Of a DNA stretch of 64,000 nt, positions 57,315 through 64,000 are shown one piece after another. The position numbers and the translations under genes were made by a program. Source of the stretch: an uncultured Granulosicoccaceae bacterium (GTDB taxonomy: Bacteria > Pseudomonadota > Gammaproteobacteria > Granulosicoccales > Granulosicoccaceae); the NCBI GenBank assembly GCA_937922945.1, contig CAKZUP010000003.1, forward strand, positions 6,498-70,497. Direction: 5' to 3'. How positions within the stretch are numbered: position 1 is the stretch's first letter; every line of letters begins with the position of its first letter. Under the pieces are notes generated by a model. That model did no database searches and had not been told where the DNA came from. It saw only the letters and a list, made by a program, of their open reading frames with translations.

Positions 57315-57336
57315 TGTACCACTCGCGAGCGGTACA
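57315..57336 (-). terminator. hairpin just downstream of the 57341-57769 gene (TGTACC-ACTCGCGAGC-GGTACA)
   Basis: Read directly from the sequence. It lies between convergent genes and has no clear U-tract. Confidence 0.35.
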
Positions 57337-57340
57337 GGCA

Positions 57341-57769
57341 CTACGTTGCCCACATAGCGCCAAGCCAGCCGCCCAACACAAATGCCAATACAACCGAAAG
57401 CACATTCATCATTCCAAACCAGAAGATAGCCGCTGCTCTATCCAACCCGGATGCTTTAAACACCCGAGCTACGCCCCACCCAATCTGAAACACTAACATC
57501 AATGAAACTACCAGGAATGAGTAAAGCTCAGGCGTTGAATGATAACCATGGCGTGTGAAATCCAGTTGCTTTGAAGGGCTGTTCAGGATTATCGGAATCA
57601 ACAGTAACATAAGCAAAGCGGCGCTCGACACCAGCAATCCAAAAACATCGAGCTTAGGCAGTTGGCGATTTTTCAATACCAGCGCAATCGTCAAAGTTCC
57701 AGCTATCGCTCCTACTACACCAAAAAGAAGTGATATCGGTATTGGTAAAGAAAACAGGAAACCGCCCAT
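57341..57769 (-). CDS. hypothetical integral membrane protein (4 TM)
   Basis: 142 aa and almost entirely hydrophobic helices. No family was recognised. Confidence 0.5.
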   Translation of the reverse strand: MGGFLFSLPIPISLLFGVVGAIAGTLTIALVLKNRQLPKLDVFGLLVSSAALLMLLLIPIILNSPSKQLDFTRHGYHSTPELYSFLVVSLMLVFQIGWGVARVFKASGLDRAAAIFWFGMMNVLSVVLAFVLGGWLGAMWAT

Positions 57770-57818
57770 AGACTTGAACTAATTAATGAACGCTCTAAAA
57801 ACTATCTGAGTTTGCTTA

Positions 57819-58565
57819 TTACACCCCATTGGTTAATTTCAAATAGCCAGCCAGCGTTTTGGATAGGCCATCTTGCAAACAATCACATACAAACGCATGA
57901 CCAATGGACACTTCCTTAACCTGCTCTACGTTGGCAAGAAAATGGGCCAGGTTAACTTGATTAAGGTCGTGGCCGGCGTTAATTTCCAGCCCTGACTCTA
58001 CCGCAGCACGGGCGGTATCACTGAACTGCTTAACAATGCTATCCATCGCAGCGGTTCCATAATTATCGGCATAAGGGCCTGTGTATAGCTCGATTCGGTT
58101 AGCGCCCACTTGCTGTATTTTTTGCAAGTGCTTTTCATCCATATCAACAAAAAGGCAGGTGCGTATGCCTGCGCTGGATAAGCGCGCTATAACATCGCGT
58201 AGTAAGGACTCATTCTGCGCTACATTCCAACCATGATCGGAGGTTAGCTGATCTGGTGAATCTGGCACCAGCGTACACTGATGCGGCTTTATTTCCATAA
58301 CGATGTTTAACAGCTCTTCGTTTGGAGTGCCTTCAATATTGAATTCTGCCTCGGGAAAATCTTTCAACAATTCAGCGAGGTCATAGGCATCTTGATACTT
58401 GATATGTCGCTGATCTTGTCGTGGGTGAACGGTGATACCGGCAGCGCCACCTTCTAAACATTGCCGCGAGAAATCAACCACCGACGGTTGCTGGCCTCCA
58501 CGCGCGTTTCGCAGCCACGCCACTTTATTTACATTAACGCTTAGCGCCGTGTTGTTACTCTGCAT
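57819..58565 (-). CDS. pdxJ: pyridoxine 5'-phosphate synthase
   Basis: LSVNVNKVAWLRNARGG, ITVHPRQDQRHI and ELYTGPYA are present. The ATG at 58565 has GAGG upstream and is preferred to the GTG at 58580. Confidence 0.9.
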   Translation of the reverse strand: MQSNNTALSVNVNKVAWLRNARGGQQPSVVDFSRQCLEGGAAGITVHPRQDQRHIKYQDAYDLAELLKDFPEAEFNIEGTPNEELLNIVMEIKPHQCTLVPDSPDQLTSDHGWNVAQNESLLRDVIARLSSAGIRTCLFVDMDEKHLQKIQQVGANRIELYTGPYADNYGTAAMDSIVKQFSDTARAAVESGLEINAGHDLNQVNLAHFLANVEQVKEVSIGHAFVCDCLQDGLSKTLAGYLKLTNGV

Positions 58566-58680
58566 TCCAAAACCTCGCACCCAAGTAGTTGTGCATGTTC
58601 ATTATCGACTAGTGCATATTCGAATCTGCGCAATAGCCCTGTACTCAGCACCGCACAATTTAAGGGAGAAGACATCGTGC

Positions 58681-59253
58681 TCAATATCGATTAATTTCCA
58701 ATGGTTCACCGGGCCGACTGAAAATATCCGCATAATGCACTTCTCGTATCCGATCTTGCTTACGTTCAAAATAGCGTGTTAGCGATTCGGTTACCACTGG
58801 GAACGCAAGTTCGTCCCACGGAATTTCACTTTGGCTGAACAGCTGGACATCTTGTGTTTCCTCACCAGCCTCAGCACGCCCATCTCGCAGCCGACCAAAA
58901 AACATCAGATAAACCTGCGATATACGCGGTAGGTTATAAACAGCAAATAAACGCAAGTTATCGCACTCAGCACAGGCCTCTTCTTTCACCTCTCTGGCAG
59001 CACCTTCTAACGTGGTCTCCTGATTTTCCATAAACCCGGCAGGCAACGTCCAATAGCCATGCCGAGGCTCAATGGCACGCTTGCATAACAACACCTTCCC
59101 ATGCCATTCAAGTAAACATCCAACCACATTCTTCGGGTTTTCGTAATGGATGAATTCACATGATTTGCAAACCGCGCGCGGGCGATTGTCGCCATCAGGA
59201 ATGACCTGCTGAACATCGCTACCGCAGCTCTGGCAATACCGAATTTGTGACAT
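58681..59253 (-). CDS. NUDIX hydrolase with N-terminal zinc ribbon
   Basis: The zinc ribbon is CQSCGS...CKSCEF. The Nudix box is GFMENQETTLEGAAREVKEEA. Confidence 0.85.
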   Translation of the reverse strand: MSQIRYCQSCGSDVQQVIPDGDNRPRAVCKSCEFIHYENPKNVVGCLLEWHGKVLLCKRAIEPRHGYWTLPAGFMENQETTLEGAAREVKEEACAECDNLRLFAVYNLPRISQVYLMFFGRLRDGRAEAGEETQDVQLFSQSEIPWDELAFPVVTESLTRYFERKQDRIREVHYADIFSRPGEPLEINRY

Positions 59254-59315
59254 GTTGTTGCTTACCCTTCACCCTACAGCGGGCGTTTTATTGGCCGGAA
59301 GACCGACTCAGGAGA

Positions 59316-59756
59316 TCAGTCCTGAAGACCAACCTGAGATTCTATTTTTTGCCTGATTTTCTCAGGCAGCGCCGTTGATTTCATGGTTCGATTATCAATC
59401 CATACGACTTTTGCGCTACCACGGGTCATTAGTTTATCGCCAATAGTAATAGTGTAGGTGCTGACGAAAGAACTGCGCCCGGGAGAATGCGCCCCCATGC
59501 GCACATGCACGGTACTGGGATACACCACCGGCAACAAATATTCTGCGTGATTATCAACTATTACCATGCCCTGGCTTTCTGTACCCAGCACCCCGAAATC
59601 CAGGGTTTCAAACCAATTCAAACGGGTACTTTCAAAATACCGAAAATACATAATATTGTTGACATGCCCCAGCGCATCCATATCGCCCCAGCGAACAGGA
59701 ATTTTTAGCTCGTGTACCAAATTGCCTTCAGGCAGATAAGAGGAAGGGACAGACAT
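59316..59756 (-). CDS. acyl-CoA thioesterase, 4HBT/YbgC-FadM family
   Basis: VRWGDMDALGHVNNIMYFRYFE is the hot-dog thioesterase catalytic motif. 146 aa. Confidence 0.85.
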   Translation of the reverse strand: MSVPSSYLPEGNLVHELKIPVRWGDMDALGHVNNIMYFRYFESTRLNWFETLDFGVLGTESQGMVIVDNHAEYLLPVVYPSTVHVRMGAHSPGRSSFVSTYTITIGDKLMTRGSAKVVWIDNRTMKSTALPEKIRQKIESQVGLQD

Positions 59757-59816
59757 GAGATTAACGTGTTGGTTGTAACGATCGCGTTTCGTTATTAATG
59801 ACTATTGGTCTTAATT

Positions 59817-59851
59817 GTCGTGTTGCAGAAACCAAGTTCCTGCAACACGAC
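59817..59851 (-). terminator. 12-bp perfect-stem hairpin downstream of the ABC substrate-binding protein gene
   Basis: The two arms GTCGTGTTGCAG and CTGCAACACGAC are exact reverse complements. No U-tract follows. Confidence 0.5.
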
Positions 59852-59922
59852 ACTTATCGCCTCAAATAAAGATGTTAGCTAATGCATAAATCAATAACCA
59901 ACAAGGCGTGTGGTTAGCCGAA

Positions 59923-61503
59923 CTAATTTACTGTCACCCAACGAAGAATAAAAAAGTTATCGGTTCGTTGTGTGAGTTCTATGTTGTCTTTCGATGCCCA
60001 AATAAGCGGCTGTACGTACATTGGTATATAGGCCACTTCATCCTGCATCACCTTGGTGACTTCATCAATCATGGCTTGACGCTTTGCATCATCAAGTTCT
60101 GTTTGTATTGCAGGTAGTAGTTCATCAACGCGCGCATTGGAATAGTCGCCGAAGTTCCAACTACCCAGCTTCTTTTCCTTGTTAGGCGTTGCAACCAAAA
60201 ATCGAATGGGATGCTCGGCATCGAAAGTACCTGGCGACCAGCCCAACAAGTACATGTCGAACTTGTCTTCACGCAGTTCAGGCCAGTAGTTACGAACAGG
60301 CATACTTGTTAATTTTGCGTTCAAACCCACTTTAGCAAACATGGACGCCGCGGCTTTACAAATGGATTCATCGTTGATGTAACGATCGTTAGGGCATTGA
60401 AGACCGAAGCTAAAACCATCCGGGTATCCAGCATCGGCAAGCAGTTGTTTTGATGCATCGGGGTCGTAATCCAAGCGGCTTGCATTAGCAGCCGAATACC
60501 CACGCATTGCATCAGAAACCAGCTGCGCTGCAGGCTGCGCGTTTCCTCGCATTACCTTACTAACAAGTGCATCAACATCGATTGCCTGATAAGCCGCTTG
60601 TCGCACACGCACATCTTGAAACGGGTTTTTACCCGAAACATCATCGGAAAATTTAAGCGAATCGGCCTGATGAGCAAAACCAAACATCAGCACTCGCGCT
60701 TCCACACCTTCATGAACACGAAAACCGTCTCGCTCTTTCATTCGAGGTACGTCTTGCAATGGAATGGGAGAAATGAAATCGATCTCACCTGACAGTAAAG
60801 CCGCCATACCAGTTGCGCTTTGACCAATCGGTGTAAAGATAGCTTCGGTTATATTACTTTCCAACTCATCCCACCAATTGGCGAACGGCTTGAGCGTGGT
60901 CTTGACACCTGGGTCTCTTGCTGTGATGGTGAACGCACCCGTTCCATTTGCGTTTCTGGTGGCGTAGTTCTCTGCTTCCTTTGAAGGACGCTCAGCCGCA
61001 TTGTTAGCCGACCAATCACGATCCATTATCATAAAATTGGCAATGGAATCCGGAAATAATGGGTTGGGTGCATTGGTTAAAAAGTCTATGGTGAGATCGT
61101 CAACAACCTCCACACTTTTTACCGGCGCGAACCAAGAGCGAACATCGGACTCTTCAGACGATGCGCGTTCGTAGGAAAAAAGTACATCGTCTGCAGTCAA
61201 TGCAGAACCATCGTGAAAGGTAACGCCGGAACGTAATTTAAAACGCCAGCCATCTGCGCCTAGCTGTTCCCAGCTTTCCGCTAGTGCCGGTTCAATTTTC
61301 ATTTCCTTGTTACGACGCACCAAGCCCTCGTACACATTATTAAGAAAACCAAGAACCGGCGCTGAGTTGGTCGCGTGAGGGTCCATGGTTTGCGGGTCGG
61401 TTGTGCCAGCCCACTTAAATGTTTCTGCGTGTGCTGCCGAGGTATAGCCTGATAATAATATAGCCAGACTAACACCTGCGAGCAGGGTGACTTTTTTATT
61501 CAT
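59923..61503 (-). CDS. ABC transporter substrate-binding protein, family 5 (peptide/nickel/opine type)
   Basis: Signal peptide MNKKVTLLAGVSLAILLSGYTSAAHA and about 525 aa with a DppA/OppA-like architecture. The ATG at 61503 has AGGAGA upstream. Confidence 0.85.
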   Translation of the reverse strand: MNKKVTLLAGVSLAILLSGYTSAAHAETFKWAGTTDPQTMDPHATNSAPVLGFLNNVYEGLVRRNKEMKIEPALAESWEQLGADGWRFKLRSGVTFHDGSALTADDVLFSYERASSEESDVRSWFAPVKSVEVVDDLTIDFLTNAPNPLFPDSIANFMIMDRDWSANNAAERPSKEAENYATRNANGTGAFTITARDPGVKTTLKPFANWWDELESNITEAIFTPIGQSATGMAALLSGEIDFISPIPLQDVPRMKERDGFRVHEGVEARVLMFGFAHQADSLKFSDDVSGKNPFQDVRVRQAAYQAIDVDALVSKVMRGNAQPAAQLVSDAMRGYSAANASRLDYDPDASKQLLADAGYPDGFSFGLQCPNDRYINDESICKAAASMFAKVGLNAKLTSMPVRNYWPELREDKFDMYLLGWSPGTFDAEHPIRFLVATPNKEKKLGSWNFGDYSNARVDELLPAIQTELDDAKRQAMIDEVTKVMQDEVAYIPMYVQPLIWASKDNIELTQRTDNFFILRWVTVN

Positions 61504-61658
61504 TTGGTTCTCCTGTATCAACCCGTTCAGGGGTTTTATTGTTCTATCATTTTTTGGATAATTCATTCTTAACCGCATTCTGTCGAGCTTAATGACTCTT
61601 GCTTGTGTGAACATTGAATCGGTTTATCTTTCAACGGCACAACGCAATCTATTGCAAA

Positions 61659-63455
61659 TCAACCAAACGCCAATGATGGAGTTTCTTCCAGCAATTGCTG
61701 ACTATAGGCGTGCTGAGGGTTATTGAAAAAGTCCTCCACATTCGCCGTCTCGATAAGTTCGCCGCCTTTTAGCACAGCAACGCGATCGGACATTTGCCGA
61801 ATAACCGCCAAATTATGACTAATAAACAAGATTGACAAACCAAGCGTGGATTGCAAATCTTTGAGTAAATTCAGCACTTGCGCCTGTATCGACACGTCCA
61901 ATGCGGATGTGGGCTCATCGCATATCAAAAAATCCGGTTTTGCCACAATAGCACGAGCCACAGCAATCCTTTGTCTTTGTCCACCGGAAAACTGATGAGG
62001 GTATTTCAACATTGCCCGCTGGGGCATCTCCACCAGATCCAATACCGATGCGACCAGCTGCCGAGTTTGCGTCTGATTGGCGCTGAGCTTATAAAATCGG
62101 ATGGGTTCGGCCAGGATTTGCTCGACAGTCTGACGGTTATTTAAAGAAGAGTACGGATCCTGAAAAATCATTTGAATACGCCGACGCGCTGGGTGTTGTC
62201 GCGCTCGCTCGCGCCCTATGGGCAACGCCTCGCCATCGAATCTCATGCTACCTGCGGTCGGATTAACCAGCCCGACAATAACCTTGGCAAGCGTCGACTT
62301 ACCGCTGCCGCTCTCACCGACCACGCCCAAAACCTCGCCATGTTGAACAGCTAAATCAACATGACTTAAAGCCTTGAATTTTCTGGACTCACCAAACCAT
62401 CGCCCACCGAAAAAATCCGAACCTTCGGCAGAGAAACTCACGTCAAGACCGGTCACAGACAAGATACGATTATCTGTCTGTTCATCCAGTTTCACGTCAG
62501 CATGTTTTTGCGTTACCGCATTTTCGGGTAATGCAGACTTTAGCAACTGCTTACCATCAAGCAGCCAATTGGTTGCATATTGCGCGCTGGCCCCATCGAT
62601 AACCCAGCTCGAATCACTGTTGGTAAGCTCGTCGTTACCCACGATGTTGCTAAAACGATCTAACCTTTTATCCAAACGAGGAACCGCGGCCATTAGAGCT
62701 TTGGTGTATTCATGTTGCGGTCTGGCTAATACATCACCGGTTAATCCGGATTCTATAACCCGACCTGAACGCAACACAGTCACTTTGTCGGTTACTTCGT
62801 TAATAACACCGATATCATGAGTTATCAGAATGATGCCGATATTTCTCTCGGTGCAAAGCCTGCGAATCAGCGCCAGAATTTGCTTTTGCACAGAAACATC
62901 TAACGCTGTGGTTGGTTCGTCGGCAATTATCAAATCCGGATTAGTACAAATAGCTAACGCGATAACCACACGCTGACGCATCCCACCCGAAAACTGATGT
63001 GGATACTGATCGATCCGTTCCTCCACATTGGCTATGCCAGTTTCTCTTAATAAGGCTACAGCTCGCTCACGGGCATCTTCTACCGACATGTCGTTGTGCT
63101 GGCGAATGGTTTCAATAAGCTGAACAGACACAGTTAATAACGGGTTTAAGCTGGTTTGCGGATCTTGAAAAATCATGCTTATACGATCACCGCGTACACG
63201 ATGATAAGCATCATCATCAAGCAATCTCAGATTCTCTCCTTGAAACAGAATCTCACCAGCGGACACATAACCGGGGCTTTGCAACAACCCCATAACCGCA
63301 GCACCAATAGTTGACTTGCCTGCACCAGACTCGCCAACCAACCCGTGAATTTCCCCCGCGTGTACGGTTAAATCAATGCCGTTGAGCGCCGTGAACTCAC
63401 CAAAGCGAGTTGGAAACTTCACGCTGACATTGTTTAATTCAAGCAGCGAATTCAA
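61659..63455 (-). CDS. ABC transporter ATP-binding protein with duplicated ATPase domains (DppD/DppF-fused, YejF/GsiA-like)
   Basis: It has two Walker A sites (GESGAGKST, GESGSGKST), two LSGG-like signatures (FSGGMRQR, FSGGQRQR) and two Walker B sites. The TTG start overlaps the permease stop (TTGA). Confidence 0.92.
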   Translation of the reverse strand: MNSLLELNNVSVKFPTRFGEFTALNGIDLTVHAGEIHGLVGESGAGKSTIGAAVMGLLQSPGYVSAGEILFQGENLRLLDDDAYHRVRGDRISMIFQDPQTSLNPLLTVSVQLIETIRQHNDMSVEDARERAVALLRETGIANVEERIDQYPHQFSGGMRQRVVIALAICTNPDLIIADEPTTALDVSVQKQILALIRRLCTERNIGIILITHDIGVINEVTDKVTVLRSGRVIESGLTGDVLARPQHEYTKALMAAVPRLDKRLDRFSNIVGNDELTNSDSSWVIDGASAQYATNWLLDGKQLLKSALPENAVTQKHADVKLDEQTDNRILSVTGLDVSFSAEGSDFFGGRWFGESRKFKALSHVDLAVQHGEVLGVVGESGSGKSTLAKVIVGLVNPTAGSMRFDGEALPIGRERARQHPARRRIQMIFQDPYSSLNNRQTVEQILAEPIRFYKLSANQTQTRQLVASVLDLVEMPQRAMLKYPHQFSGGQRQRIAVARAIVAKPDFLICDEPTSALDVSIQAQVLNLLKDLQSTLGLSILFISHNLAVIRQMSDRVAVLKGGELIETANVEDFFNNPQHAYSQQLLEETPSLAFG

Positions 63456-64000
63456 CGTAACCTCGGATTAAATGCGTCACGAAGAAAATCGCCCAATACA
63501 TTGATAGAGATCACCATAATAATCAGCATGGCACTCGGGAAAATCACTATCCACCATTCACCAGAGAACATGTATTCGGTGCCAATGCGAATGAGTGTTC
63601 CGAGTGATGGTTGGTTCGGCGGTACGCCAACACCTAGAAAAGACAGCGTCGATTCCAGCAAAACAGCAACAGCCAGATCGACCGTTAAGATAACCAGTAT
63701 CGGCCCTAGTATATTGGGCAGTATATGCACCAGCATTATTCTTATTGGGTGCATACCCATTATCTCGGCAGACTGAACATACTCTTTGTTTCTTTCAACA
63801 AACGTAGAGGCCCTTACCGTTCGCGCAAAATTAACCCAAAGTGATAAACCAATGGCCACCGTTAGCACAACAATCATTAAGCTGTCATGTTGTTCGCGAG
63901 GCAGGATACCCCGCGCTACGCCATCGATGAGCAATGCGGTGAGAATAGCTGGCAAACTCAATTGCACATCGGCTATGCGCATAACAATTGCATCGAACCT
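63452..64000 (-). CDS. ABC transporter permease (DppC/OppC-like), 5' end outside the window
   Basis: The frame stays open to the window edge (RFDAIVMRIADVQLSLPAILTAL...). This matches the conserved D.i.MRi.D...s.P motif, and the EAA-like loop is present. Confidence 0.85.
   Translation of the reverse strand, partial: RFDAIVMRIADVQLSLPAILTALLIDGVARGILPREQHDSLMIVVLTVAIGLSLWVNFARTVRASTFVERNKEYVQSAEIMGMHPIRIMLVHILPNILGPILVILTVDLAVAVLLESTLSFLGVGVPPNQPSLGTLIRIGTEYMFSGEWWIVIFPSAMLIIMVISINVLGDFLRDAFNPRLR

Overview
This is a gene-dense chromosomal segment of about 70 genes on both strands. The gene order (gmk-rpoZ-spoT-ridA...recG; sucAB-lpdA-sucCD) reads like an aerobic, probably marine gammaproteobacterium. 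I saw no rRNA, tRNA, CRISPR array, transposase, integrase or phage gene. All function calls come from motif and family recognition by eye on the supplied translations. No database search was possible.

Blocks in order:
- argB 3' end, a DUF4124 protein, xthA and an EamA transporter.
- A cysQ / SnoaL-like / membrane-protein operon.
- Type II secretion genes gspG-H-I-J-K-L-M-N, with no gspCDEF, facing a divergent rhombosortase.
- A lipoprotein and an orphan ORF, then recG, ridA, spoT, rpoZ and gmk.
- A GT2 glycosyltransferase.
- A translationally coupled 4-gene operon: NicX-like dioxygenase, alpha/beta hydrolase, ACAD-fold flavoprotein, acyl-CoA ligase.
- Two outer-membrane proteins.
- A UV/light-damage cluster: a COG3046 (6-4)-photolyase-like protein that appears to lack the Fe-S cysteines, a divergent inverted-topology (NewPHL-type) photolyase, and a coupled DUF2256 zinc-ribbon protein.
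- A 2OG-Fe(II) oxygenase plus CIA30 pair.
- N-methylglutamate-pathway genes mgsABC-gmaS, with no mgdABCD nearby.
- A BEM46-like hydrolase, a phased 14-bp GTAC repeat array, and a Tat-exported dienelactone hydrolase.
- SulP-STAS transporter plus tandem USP, a DMT transporter and a GNAT.
- A divergent isocitrate-DH-family gene heading sucA-sucB-lpdA-sucC-sucD.
- Three small DUF genes, an orphan GH114 lipoprotein, ychJ, fadD, sseA, pdxJ, a Nudix hydrolase and a thioesterase.
- A peptide-type ABC importer that runs off the 3' edge.

Most of the window is ordinary core genome. The best candidates for something not yet described are:
1. The 19.9-24.6 kb operon, which joins a NicX-type ring-cleavage fold to CoA-thioester enzymes.
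2. The NewPHL-DUF2256 coupled pair, placed back-to-back with an apparently Fe-S-less (6-4)-photolyase homologue.
3. The GTAC-phased repeat array at 36.72-36.81 kb.
4. The acidic-tailed 2OG oxygenase plus CIA30 pair.

None of these can be called novel without database searches.
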